From assembly GCF_041956535.1 (NCBI RefSeq), contig NW_027192199.1, positions 1-64,000 on the forward strand: DNA of 64,000 bases. Direction: 5' to 3'. The DNA is from Calcarisporiella thermophila CBS 279.70. Its lineage: Eukaryota > Fungi > Calcarisporiellomycota. Below the pieces are notes generated by a model. The model worked only from the letters and a program-made list of their open reading frames with translations. It ran no database searches and had not been told where the DNA came from. The position numbers and the translations under genes were made by a program. Positions 11,000 to 23,908 of this stretch are shown piece by piece; the first letter of the stretch is position 1; the number at the start of each line of letters is the position of its first letter.

Positions 11000-11690
11000 T
11001 GAATATCCAAAAAGTTGATGATTAAGAAGTGGAATTAGGCGATGAATCGAAGCATAAATGCTATGGTGAAGTCATGGATATCAAGATTAATATCGGAGAA
11101 TACACTACAGTAATTGACTTCTTCGTTACCGATGTAAAGAACGATATTGTCTTGGGAATGCCTTGGCTATACAACAACAATCCATACACAGATTACCGTG
11201 ACAATCACAATGTTATAACGAAAAAAAATTGAACAATGTAGTTCTGCAAGCCTTTGCCATCACCAATTGATATTCAGAAGTAAGAATTCCAACTCCTAAA
11301 TGCAACTCAATTTAAAAGTTACGCACGCCGTACGGATGATGATAATTATTTACTGTCATTTTCAGAGAACATCACGATCCTAACAACAAAATGATGGAAT
11401 ATAACACCATGTAGATAACTGAATCCATTGAAAAATTATTACATGATTATTATGACGCCTTTCCTACAGATCTTCCTAAAAGACATCTTCCAAAGCGATC
11501 CATGGATCTTGCAATTGAACAGGAGCCTGGTACTGAACCTCCTTGTAAACCGATGTATCGGCTTTCAAACAGTGAGCTAGATGAGCTTAAGCGACAACTC
11601 ACTGATTTAAGCGATAAGGGTTTGATACGTCCTAGTACTTCGCCATACGGGTCACCAGTTTTATTCGTGGACAAGAAAGATTGAGAAAAA
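11000..11690 (+). pseudogene. Ty3/gypsy pol fragment (aspartic protease C-terminus and RT N-terminus)
   Basis: DIVLGMPWL...NP and PPCKPMYRLS..EL.ELKRQL..L.DKGLIRPSTSPYGSPVLFV.KKD, with stops and frameshifts. Confidence 0.85.
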
Positions 11691-11965
11691 CGTACACTCA
11701 GCTAACTTTTTAAGTTCGATATTGTATATTTTGACTATTAACTCTCATTCCTTCCTCCACTCTAAAAGCACCAATTAGCGATACACAGTGAAGACAATTG
11801 TACCCTTGCTTTAAATAACCTACTACCTGGATTCATATCTAATTCCTTTATACATGGGTTATGAGCCTGACATGGGCCGATCGTAAACTCAATATCTGAG
11901 GCAGACCGTTGATAAAATTTTAACGCACATTATCTTGGAATACAATCAATCTTTAATTAAACTAA

Positions 11966-13209
11966 TTGTTATTACAAACTGCCTACACTTTTATCTCATT
12001 ATGTAATGAGGGCTTATCCAGCAGAGATATCTCGCGTCAGCTTGGGATAAGTTATTATGTCGTCAACAAATATCGTAGATTATGCGCTCCAGAATCTACT
12101 AAACCAGTCACCGGTCGCCCACGTGTTCTCACTGAGAGACAAGAGAAAGTCCTCGTACGAAATACAAGGCTGGAATATATGAGGATATACCAGATGCAAA
12201 GAAACGGCTTAAAGAAGATTACGATGTCGATTTGTCAGTGACAGCAGTAAGGAACGCACTAAAGCGAAACGAAATGAGCTCGAGATCGTGTAGTTAGCCA
12301 TAGGAAAGCTCGACTAGCCTTTGCGCGTAAATATTGAAGCTGGAGTTTCGATGACTGGAAGCGTGTTGTATGGTCAGATGAAAGCATATTTAGAGTATTC
12401 GGTACAGATAGAAGAAGATACTACTGGATAGCTCCGGGCGATCCTAGCACCATTTCAAAAATACGGTCAAGCACGGCGATGAGTCAGTTACTGTGTGGGC
12501 ACGCATTACTCCCAAAGGAGTTGGCTTTATGTGCCGAATCGATAAGAGACTAGATGCACAACTCTACTAGAATATTTTAGGAGATGAGTTAATGAGAACG
12601 CTCGATTGGAATGGAATGGACAAGGATCAAATCATTTTTCAGCATGATAATAATCCTAAGGATACCGCACATAGTACAGTGGAATGGCTAGCGAACCACA
12701 ATATTAACGTACTAGAATGGCCGGCTCAATCTCCTGATTTAAACCCTATCGAGTTCACATGGGATCAGTTAGACAGAAGAATCCAAGATCGCGAGTGTAA
12801 CTGGGTTCGAATGGTAGACGAAGATCTTTATGAAATTAGAAGATCGGTCAGGATCGAGAAAATTGATCGAATGAGTTTATATGAAAAATAGGAATTCAAA
12901 TAATATGACATAATCTGGCTTTTCCATAGGCTAACTAATAATGCAGCTTTAATAAAACAATAAAACAAATATCAAAAAGGTAATAATAAATTTAAAATAA
13001 GAAGGATGAATGAAATTAACCGCCACATAGTGAAAAGTAAGCCGTCCTGTTACTGCGAGCAGCAGCCGACTAATGCCGAGTCACTTTGGGATATACTGCA
13101 GGAAGAGTGGGAGAAGATAGAACCAGAGTTGTGTGCCAAAATTATAGGTACAATGCCACAGCGTCTGAAGGCAGTGATAAAAGCAAAGGATGGCCATACA
13201 AGATATTGA
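11966..13209 (+). pseudogene. Degenerate Tc1/mariner (IS630-Tc1) transposase, interrupted by a solo LTR
   Basis: HTH plus [30 protein letters not shown] and C-terminal AVIKAKDGHTRY. Frameshifts present. Confidence 0.9.
12796..13054 (-). mobile_element. Solo LTR (family E)
   Basis: TGTAAC...GTTACT termini (last base mutated). Exact TSD GCGAG at 12791-12795 and 13055-13059. Removal restores DRRIQDRE|QQPTNAESLW. Confidence 0.9.
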
Positions 13210-13862
13210 AGTATTTATATAAATAAAAAAACAATATAGATTCTATGGGTGTGTCGGAGTTTGAAAAATTGATTTTAATGGATAACTTTCAGGAAAAGGG
13301 GTTATTTATAAGGGCACATTGATGGGATGATCTGTTACGTAGAATATAAGATAGTATAAAGAATAAGGATAAGATATTCGTAATCTCAGAAGTTTATCAA
13401 TGTTTCTCTGTAATATAATTCTACACTTATTTTAGTTATATTCAGTTTTAGTTAGAAACACTATATAAGTCACAATGTTCCTTTTGTAATAAGAGAAAAC
13501 AGGATTCAAGTTTATTATTTTTCTATATTTTTGGTCTACTTCCCACTATCTTAAGTGCGTGTTCTGCATCAGGGACTGCAGAAGACTTAAGATAGTAATC
13601 GGATAAACGGGATACGTACATTATCTCAACACCTCCCAATCTTCCACACAACAGATCAAACAAGGGTATTTATCGTTTCTATGCTTAACGTAACTTGTAG
13701 TACCTCCATTTGGAGATATAAGACGAAATAATGAGAAATTAAAAAAACATGAACTCAGCCGAGTGTATATCTATTTTTGTATCCCGACGACTACATATGT
13801 AGATTGGGAAAAAAATTTAGATATCAGAATTTATTCCCATATTACTCAAGTAGAGTTTTCTG

Positions 13863-15629
13863 ATGTATACCTGCCAATTGTTAGATGCTCCATTAAATAC
13901 CGTATGCTTCAATTCTGCGGACAATACAGTAGATGAAACAGAAAACCACCTGGAGGAAAGTCTTGATTTTAGGGATTCACTGTTGGCTGCAGATGTATTT
14001 TACTTTCGATTCAGACTGAATTCATTTACTGATCTACATCATCTCCTCAGCGCTCAGTATCTCATAGATGGAGTATTACTGCCGGAAAATCCTTCTCATC
14101 CCCAGATACATGCTTTAGCTACCAACAGAGAGCATACAAATTACTGTTCCTACTTTAAGCTCCATTCTTACCCGAGGCCAATTGAAGACAAATTCCTCAA
14201 ATGGCAAACAAAATCTTTCGTTGTTAAAAAGATGCTCATTGATCATCTTTTTCATGTCTATTTGAGCACCTGTTGTGTAGACGCTATACATCCAGATCGT
14301 GAAATTTTTCTTGAAAACTACTATCGCGGTGATCTCGAGCCTGCACTGGTCCACACCGCCATTGCTTGTGCGGCTATCCATTTATTGCTATTACATCCGG
14401 AAACAACTCTCAAGAATAAGCTCCATGGGGCCGTAGGGAGTCTGTTTGCGCAGGCAAAACGATCGCTGGAAGGCGTGTTTGATATTCCATCCCCGCAGAC
14501 TGTGCTTGCTCTTATAAATATGGATACATGTCTGCAGTTGCTTTCACGTTATAAGGATGCATACGCATTCTATTCGCAAGCCGCGCAAATGGCACTCTCA
14601 CTTCATATGGACAAAGAGGACCCTACAGAGAAGAATCCTTTGCAGCTAGAGTTCCAAAGAAGGATATGGTACAACTTGCTATTTACTTGCTTATTATGTA
14701 ACATATATTGATTGTCACAATTAATTCGGTCATTCTTTAAGGGCCACTGTCTGCAAGCGCGAAATATTCTATGTATTTGAAGGCGACAAGCCAGCTCTAA
14801 TAGGCATAGATATTATCAGGTCATCTATCAAACCAAGTGTGACAATGAGAGATAGTGAGTTTTACAAATTTGCAACTGTAATTAGACATAATAGTTGATA
14901 ATATTCCACCTATCGAACTAACAAACTTAATGTTTCAGATATATTTCATACTGAATATTATGACGACATCTAAGCTCTTGGAGCTTCAAAACATTGATTG
15001 GACCCTTCCTGATGTTATTATCGTGCAAAAACTGGCTGAGATTGCAGCATATTTGCAAAATGAACAAACCGAGGCAGTTCAATACTGCAGTGAAGGCGCT
15101 CTGCACAAGATCTACCCTCCTGGGTTAAATTTCAATTTTTGGAGCAAATGGTGTGCACTTTGGCGACAATTTATTAAGTCAGACGCACCTACCGGAAGAT
15201 TGGAAACGGATTTGATGCAGCAATTGCGTGAAAAAGCTTTCGAAGAGTATATCAGGGTAAATACCTTATTTCTGAATTTCTGCATTCTTGTTGATTAGCA
15301 CTCTAATATTAGCACTGAACTCTTAACAGGGTTTAAACTATTGTATTATGGCGCTTGGGTGGGCCGTTAATACCCAAATCAGATGTAAATCGAATATTCT
15401 TATGGGAGCACATATTGTTTGCGAAAATGTTAAATTCATAGCCCAAACGCATCCAAATGTTAGGGTAGGGCGCAAAATATTCAAAGAGCTTATTAAAGTA
15501 TTGGATATTCTGCAATCATCAGAAGCTAGAGGAATTTTAATTCAATGTCTTGCTCGTCAAATCGTGGATACATTAGAGGAGATTAAACCGACCCTATTTT
15601 CAAAAGAGGTGCTGGAACGCTCAGCCTAA
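13863..15629 (+). CDS. Fungal-specific transcription factor (middle homology region) domain protein, about 4 exons
   Basis: IH...FL..Y...PALVHTAIACAA...TVLALI...AAQMALSLHMDKE...EFQRRIW pattern. GT-AG introns near 14669, 14878 and 15257. No Zn2Cys6 cluster seen; start uncertain. Confidence 0.75.
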
Positions 15630-15692
15630 AACCAAATCAGAGAAAAAAGCCAGAAATTGGAATAAAATATATACTGTAGAATGTTTGAACTA

Positions 15693-17902
15693 CAAGTAGG
15701 GAAAAATGTGCCACAGTGTTTTAACAATATTTCTTTGGATGCTTAATTCTCCTGGATGGATGGAATGTTATACAGGCGCCTTTATTATTAAACACTGGAG
15801 GATCTACACTATATGCTGTTCCACCCACTACCCCAGTTATATATGCTTTTTCTAAAAAACCATGGGTATTAATATTGACGCTCGGGAAATATGGCCTTCA
15901 TGATAAAATTGAAGACATATTTATTATCGTTATTTCACAAAAATATTTCAATGCTTCGTGTATCCTCCTCTAGCTTTATAAGCATCTCGGAATCTCCTCA
16001 ACATACTCTCGTATAAGTTATCAATATAAGCCTTATCTATATTATCCCACGTATATTTGATTCGTTCCCAGAGCTCTTCTTTATCCTTTGGCCGAGTAGG
16101 ATAACCTTGAAGCCTCCTTTTCAATAGACTCCACGCGTTCTCTATGGGATTTAAATCTGGTGACTGAGCAGGCCATTCTAATACTCTTATATTGCGATCT
16201 CGTAGCCATGCTTGAGTTGACTTGGCGAAATGAGGGGGGGTATTGTCATGTTGGAATATGATCTTATCTTCGTCTATACCGTACCGTTCGAGTGTTCCAA
16301 GAAACCTTCATCTAAATGTTCTAATATGTCCTGACTATTTACTTCCACCTTCTACGNNNNNNNNNNNNNNNNNNNNNNNNNNNNNNNNNNNNNNNNNNNN
16401 NNNNNNNNNNNNNNNNNNNNNNNNNNNNNNNNNNNNNNNNNNNNNNNNNNNNNNNNNNNNNNNNNNNNNNNNNNNNNNNNNNNNNNNNNNNNNNNNNNNN
16501 NNNNNNNNNNNNNNNNNNNNNNNNNNNNNNNNNNNNNNNNNNNNNNNNNNNNNNNNNNNNNNNNNNNNNNNNNNNNNNNNNNNNNNNNNNNNNNNNNNNN
16601 NNNNNNNNNNNNNNNNNNNNNNNNNNNNNNNNNNNNNNNNNNNNNNNNNNNNNNNNNNNNNNNNNNNNNNNNNNNNNNNNNNNNNNNNNNNNNNNNNNNN
16701 NNNNNNNNNNNTTTCAATAGACTCCACGCGTTCTCTATGGGATTTAAATCTGGTGACTGAGCAGGCCATTCTAATACTCTTATATTGCGATCTCGTAGCC
16801 ATGCTTGAGTTGACTTGGCGAAATGAGGGGGGGTATTGTCATGTTGGAATATGATCTTATCTTCGTCTATACCGTACCGTTCGAGTGTTCCAAGAAAACC
16901 TTCATCTAAAATGTTCTAATATGTCCTGACATTTATTCCACCTTCTACGCGAAGTAGAAGCCCCACTCCTTGCGAGGTAACGCAGCCCCGTACCATGATT
17001 GTCTCTTTTCCCTGCTTCGTGGTTGGAACAATATTGCACTCTCGCAGAGGTTGCCCCTTCTTTACGTATGTGTATACCTTTCCAGCGGTCTATAAAAAGG
17101 GCACTATGGTTTTATCCGAGAATATTATGGTTTATCTGGTCTGAAAATCCCACCAAACAAGTTGAGCTGCAAATTTGAATCGAGCTTTAAAATGGCGCGG
17201 GAGCAGCAAAAGCTTCCTAGGCTTTGTTTGAGGTTTCACTTCGTGCTTTTTAAGTATCATTTTTACAGTTTTGTTTGTTACGCTCTTCTTCAGCTCTTCT
17301 TTGATAACTTACTGCAAGGCGACAAGCTTAGAACACTCTCCGGATGACGTCTGCTTAGAGATGTATTTCTCATCTGATTCACTTAGACTACGTGAACGCC
17401 CATATTTTGGCTTCATAGAAGGATATTTCGAGGTGCTCCATTTCTTGGTAATCCTTCTAGCAGTTTCACGGCTTATCCCCACTAGTGCTCCAATCTTACG
17501 TGTGGACTCTCCCTTTCTTGAAAGTTCAAGCACACATTCTCGAAAATTTTTACGGGTTGGCTTCATAGATGTCAGATATTGTTAAAAAATAAAAGCATCA
17601 CCGATGCAAATAAAAAATATTTAGATGGAATAGTGGAGAGGACATAAAAAATATTTGGGTATCTTTGGCACACATCGATATTTATAAAGATATCAATTTC
17701 CCATAAATTCGGGGTGCTATTCAATGATACCCTAGTTTTACAAGAAATGCATATATAATCGGGGTAGCGGGTGGAACAGCATATATTGTAGATCTTCCAG
17801 TGTTTAATAATAGGGACACTTGTATAATATTCCATCTATCCAGGAGAATTGAGCATCCAAAGAAAAATTGTTAAAATGCTGTGGCACATTTTTCCCTACC
17901 TG
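15693..17902 (-). mobile_element. Tc1/mariner DNA transposon with ~140-bp TIRs and degenerate transposase
   Basis: Imperfect TIRs at 15693-15834 and 17761-17902 (CAAGTAGGGAAAAATGTGCCACAG / CTGTGGCACATTTTTCCCTACCTG), flanked by TA on both sides. Internal HTH, IFQHDN and [12 protein letters not shown]. Spans an N-gap. Confidence 0.92.
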
Positions 17903-18249
17903 TATACTCTATTTCTATTTTACTGCGTTTGTTTAAATTTTGAATCGGTCAAAGATGTTGTGTATTTTCCTCGATTGCCTGCACGGACCTTTTGAATTGA
18001 AAACTACTGTTTTTCTAAACTTTATCTTTGTTGAACTTTAAAGTTACTGTGATTTTATGTATTATTTTCCGGTTCATCTGCTCAGTGAATAAAGCCAAAA
18101 TAAAATATTTCTCTTTGAAACATAATTTGTGCAATGATTTAGTTAAGGGTAATTCTAATTGTAACCAGGTATAACTATTTATTACCGCTTAGTTTTCTTG
18201 AGTAATTAATCGTCAAATTCAAAGTCACACTCAGTATATTGCTACCTTT

Positions 18250-19640
18250 TCCTGCTCGTTAAAATGCTACAATAGTTATCTTTACTGCTGATCAAATATC
18301 TTTCATCTTTTTCGACAAGATCAAAATCTTCTATACAGTGATATTGTTAGATAAGTTTTTCCATCGCGAATTCAGATAATTTATCCTCCAAGCTGCCAAA
18401 TGGTTGTGAGGGATAAAGCTTGCATCGATATCTAGCTTGATAAAGACAAAAAGAGCGATGATTTTCCTGCTCATTAAAAAGTATATCGAAAGTGTCGAAA
18501 CGTTTGCTAAGACTAGTTTGAGTGGTGGTGAAACGCTTGGGAACCGCAGGTTGTACTTCTACACGCTGAGTCGAACGCACACCAAGATTAGTGTAATCCG
18601 AGACAAATGCCTCTGCCCACATTTCACAACGATTATATTAACATTGAAGATAATCTGCTGTAATGGGATATGCCTTAGTTATCTCATTGTAATGATTGTC
18701 AAATTCATATGGTGTCTGTAAACTAAACAGCATAATTAGTTCCTTTGCAAATTCTTTGTAGCTTTCAATCTTTCGGTTCAGATGTACCTGTATACCCTTT
18801 GTTATATGCCATGAACAAAACTGGTGTTGAGCATGTGAGATAATATTAAGGACAGCACTTAGGAACGCTGAGTCGGAGTCACTAATCACTCTTCGTATAC
18901 TCTCAGTCGATTTTTTTCCAAACAAGATATAAGCTGTTGGAGCACTCTTGTAAATGCATAGGTAGATTCGTATTTTAGTTGCGCAATGCCCATCAAAAAC
19001 GTTTTGAGATTTTCATCCACACCGACTAGAACAAAGCAAGGAGGGTTGAACCAAAATATATCTTGCAGTTTGCCATTCACCAATACGTATTTGACGATAT
19101 ATTTGGTTGTATTCTCGAGCTTGGTCGACAAGGCAGCATCTTGGGTAGTTCACCCTCTTCTCTACTAGTATTTGTCGCTAAAGCATTATGGTTATCCTTA
19201 GCCTGAATGGATTCCATCAGGCTACGAACAAGACGAGTTGCAAATGAATACTGCCTCCAAATAAAACAATGTTCTGAGCAAGTTGAACTGTTTCAGGTTC
19301 GGGTCTACGAAATCTGCGAGCAAAACAAAGATCTTCGGGCTCCAAAAGATGATTATGTTAGATATTACCAGTAGAAGTATCGCGATAAGCATTTACGCTT
19401 TTGAACAATGAAAACGCAATATGAAAGGACAATCGCATTTCACTGTTGATACATTTCTCATTAGTATTTCGTTATTCGAAATGTGCTGGCCTGAACGTGA
19501 ACATGAAATTGTTAGAGCAGTGAGGAATCCAGTAGTAAGATATGAGCTTTCTATCCTCCATTCAAACCCAATACTATCTGCATAATTGTTCATCCATTCA
19601 GTTATTTCGTCTCGATTTTTGAACACACGGGATTTGAGAT
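18250..19640 (-). pseudogene. MULE/FAR1-type Mutator transposase relic
   Basis: FAR1-like F.N..E...W...YA...GF...CSRSG...KCDCPF; catalytic region VISDSDSAF..AV...HQFCSWHI; NLGVRSTQRVE. Many stops and frameshifts. Boundaries approximate. Confidence 0.85.
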
Positions 19641-20494
19641 TGAAAATGGAGACAATACTCTTTTTTACAAAGGTGAATGAAAAGACTTAATATAAAGGTT
19701 ACGCGCATCTTGAAGTTAATAAAATTTTAATTGGCGCGAGAGTAATAAAAGTAAAAGTGACTTGAAGTTAAAAAAGAATATTAAACACTTGGGCTCCATA
19801 AGAAACGGACATCACCCCATACACATATCTTTTGAGCCTAAATACAGCACTAAAATACTATTTCAGAATAAGAAATGAAAAAAACGGATCCGATGGATGG
19901 GTTCCGCATCCTCCAAAACTTTCTAGTATTCATACCTTTATCTTTAATTCCTCGGGTTGCATTATATGTAAGTATCGCGATGTGGGATGGATTTCCAGTG
20001 TAGCGATCCCCAAAGCCAAGTGTTAGAATTGAAAAATATCTTAGTGAATTTCTCTGCTAAATATTAATTAGCCGGGATATAACGCTGGTCATTGGGCTGG
20101 AAAAAAAATATCAAAAACATGATAAAAGTGCATAGTTAGCACTATGAGAAATATCGACGTTTTTCATATCGAATAGGAAGTAGTTGTCCAAAAACTAATA
20201 GAAATGCTATTCTCTCGATAATTCCATCCCCTTTGATATAAGATGGCTGAGAGGCAGCGTTACTAATTTTACCAGAAAGTGGGGGTCGAACCAATCTCTC
20301 ATTCAATAGCAACAAGGTCGATAGTGAAATTAGATAGCAACAGATAGTAATATTGTCAATAACATACAAAATTAAAAAGATATAAAAATACATGCTATTT
20401 ACAAAATTTTAAATTACACATCATAAAGTGCCATAATCCACTGAAGGGAAATATAATGTTCCAAACAGAAACAATGCCATTACGATGTAGAAAA

Positions 20495-22885
20495 CTATTT
20501 AATTGGGTAGCGTTTATCATAGGCTGTATATCGTTCAAAGGCCACATTACAATCAAGCAGTTGGGCCGTAGATATTTCTCTGTTCCTTCTCAGCTGACGA
20601 AAAAAATCAATATACTTGCTAGGGTCCTGAGCTTTTTTTCCTGAGCAATAAGATTCTTCCGCAGTTAGTGTTGTGAGGACCGTATTCTCCTCTGGTTCAT
20701 GCTCCGGGGTGATCAGAGAGGTGTGACTTTGTGTGGCTTCCAGCGTATCTATTGCCCGTTTGAGATCTTCAAGAGTGTGCTCAATTTGTACCTTAAGCAT
20801 GGTCTTGAAGCTATAATGCCCCTTCCCTAGCGGTCTCGTGTCCTCATTTTTCAATGAGTTGAGTTCTTTTCGAGCCTCGAACAGTTTGCCCATATACATA
20901 TTCATTCGAGCTCGTTCGAAACGCGTGAAATAAAAAATATAATGATCCAGTACAATTTTGGAGCTGTGTTTGATAACGGTATCAAAGCAGGTCAGCGCAA
21001 GTTGAATATATTCATCGTGTGGAATCGAGGCTGATCGATGTTGGTGAAGAGCCAGCTTGGACGCAATGATGCCTTTGAGCATGTAGCCGAGACAGTAATC
21101 ATCCCAATAATTGGCATATTCCCTAGAATCGGCGCTCAAAGATTCAGAGTCGAGCGAGGATATGGTGGATTTTCGAATAGAGCAAGGTGAGAGTGAAGGA
21201 TACGCAGGGGGTGGAGTAGGCCTTCCACCCAAGGATGAATTAATGGCGTTTTCCGCAATGATGCTTCTCTCAAGCTGTCGAAGTTTCGATAGCTCGGCTG
21301 ACACCATGGTGAGACAATCATTCAGCTGTGCCACATTCATATAATTGAAACAATTCCATATGTACATGAGCTCGAACATTGGCAGGAAGAGCCGGTTTCC
21401 CTGTGCACAGAATTTGCGCGCCTTCCTTGCTACGAACTTCTATTATAGAGAGTAGGCCTGGTAGTTGCACCCAAGAACAGTGGATATCAGATCACTCCAG
21501 TCAAAGTTACCTCTATCGGCAAGCATATTCTGCCATAACGGCTCACTAAGTGGCCTATACCCGCCATCAGGTCAATCGCCTCGTCCAAATTAGCTTTGGC
21601 TCCGAGCATGTACAACACCACCGCTTTATGGTAGCAATAGGTGGCCTTGGACCACATACTCTCCGTGGCAAGAATGTTAATGGAGCTGAGGGCCCTCTCC
21701 CAGTCAAATACGATGCAGTAACAGAGGAAGAGGTACCAGCGCGATCCGTGGTGGGTTTGTCTCCAATCCTGCCGTGTATTTGTCGCGAATTCGAATACGC
21801 TAATAGCCGTCTTGATATCATAGGAGAGCATGTGAACCGCTCCATAAATATAGAGGAAGATGATGCTGCGTTCGTAATGCATCAAGAGCGAATTGATGGA
21901 ACAGACGGCGGTGGAGAGGTGATAGCTAGGGTTGGTTACAAAGGTGCTCACCACCACATGAAACACGGTCGTGGTGCCATCACAGAATACGTGACGCAAC
22001 CCGTTGCGTCCGCGCCGAGCTGCACGCTCGAGGTAGCTGAGGTTGGTCTCTTCTCGCCACCCACCTGGAGCCTTTAGGAGCTCGAGGCCGTATTCACGGT
22101 TGCCACGAAAACCGGCTATTCGGAGAAGAACGGCATAGTACCGATGGAGCATGTTGATGTAGGATATAGCGACCATGATAATCGCGGATCCGTATGTGAT
22201 GCCGGAGTAAAAGTCCTTGTCTATATTGTAGATGGCGATGTCGACACCCTTTTCGTATTCCTCCTCAACAGCCACCGCGAAGTTTTGAATGGCGCTGTAG
22301 AGAACCTGACTTCGCTTGAGATAAAGCGCCTCCTTGATCAAGGGCTGATCACCCCGCTGGATAACGGTCAATGCGAATAACAACAAGCAGGCCTCAGCAA
22401 TGATGAGCTCCTGATGAATGCCATTGCACCCAATAGGAGTAGAGCTAGATTAGGATTGCGCATTTATAATGGACAGAATCAGAAGAACTAACCGCATGTC
22501 GCTGGCACATGGACATCTTTTTGAATGATTGGATCGAGGGTCCACCCAGTATGATGTCGCCAATAAGGGTTCTGTGAGATCTTCGAGATCGAGCCGCCAT
22601 ACTCATCGAACATTCCAGGGCATTCACCGCAACCTCTATATCATCCGGCTTGAAAGTTAATAGGGCGCGTAAGGAGAGAAGGATGCTATAGCCGAAGGTC
22701 GAGTAGAGAGTTTTTTTGTGGCCCTTGAGCAAAAGTGCTTCGGCATCATTCATCCGAGTATTGATGAAGATGTCGAGCGCACGGCGTGCTAGTTCAATGT
22801 CGGATTTGAAAAGCTCTTCTTCATGTTGCCTTGCTTGCCGACTATGGTGGAGAATATCGAGGTCGCTTGGCAAGATTTTACCCAT
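20495..22885 (-). CDS. IML2/TTC39-family TPR-like protein, about 3 exons
   Basis: ALDIFINTRMNDAE, GFRGNREYGL, ESMWSKATYCY, LPIE|KFVARKARKF...LFLPMFELMYIWN, YFTRFERAR, YSF..ML. Introns at about 22412-22492 and 21442-21510. Start codon uncertain. Confidence 0.85.
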
Positions 22886-23908
22886 CGCACTCGATCTCTC
22901 TCTCCCCAACTAGTGGTCCTTGGATCCGACGAGAGAAAGATGTCAGGTTGAAATCGAAAGGGGAGGAAAAAGAAGGAAAACAAGAAAACCAATCAAGAGA
23001 AACCGCGCTAGAATTGGAGGGGGGATGACTCAGTTCGTAATGCCCCACTAGGATCTCCGAACATCGTGCGGACTTAGCAGATCTTTGGCCATGAGACTCC
23101 ATGATCTGATCTGCGACATTCTGAATAATCAGCGGAAAGGGAAATCGACTTGCCAAAAACCGCGATTGAGTTGAGGGGAGAGGACCACCTGGGACCGGAT
23201 TTTTCGTAGACTGGCGCATCACATATGCAAGCAAATTAACACCAGGGAGCTTTCCCCGAGTTCTCTGCGTCGAAATTGAAACATCCCAAGAAAGTTGTGC
23301 CTAATCTAGCCTCGGCCGTCATCATTGGGTGAGCCGGGCGCCCTCCTTAACGAGCGCTCCACAAAATCATGGGACGGCCATGTGATTTCCAGCGTCATGG
23401 ATCCGACACCGTGAGGGGCGAGGATTTCAAATATCACGACGGCCTAGCACAAACGCCGCGGTTGAACCAAGTCAAACAGGTTTCTCACTGCAGATCTTGG
23501 AACCGGCACTTCCCCGCTCGCAATTTTTGCGGTTAGCTTTTAGGCTTCAGGGGGGAGACCAGAGCACAAACACACCTTAATCCCAACCTAGTGGAAGAAG
23601 CCCGGCCGGCCAGGGCGGGGTATGTGGGGAACGCAACACCGCCCCTTTGCACAGAGAGTGTCTCATCCTCTCCTGCAAGGTCGGTGTCGACGCTCCGCAA
23701 ATCGCGCCAAGTGCGACTGCGCACGGCCGATTACGTGAGCCTCCGCTGCGGATGGGATCGCAGTCCATCAGGGACATGCTCGGATTTCATGAGAGCGAGC
23801 TCTCGGATTTGGGCGGAGGCTGGCTTGCGGCCAGCCTCCTCTTTCCGCGGTTTAGACGAGCATTTCAAGGTTTGACATGTTGTTTTATTGCCTTGCTTTC
23901 TTGCGAAA

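Noticed and set aside
12800-12815. GGTTCGAAT T-loop-like motif suggesting a tRNA
   Set aside because: It lies in an LTR terminus, and no cloverleaf can be formed.
16119-16949. Near-identical ~238-bp duplication on both sides of the N-gap (16119-16356 vs 16712-16949)
   Set aside because: The copies differ only by small indels at contig ends. This is most likely an unmerged contig overlap, so the real Tc1 element is probably about 1.6 kb.
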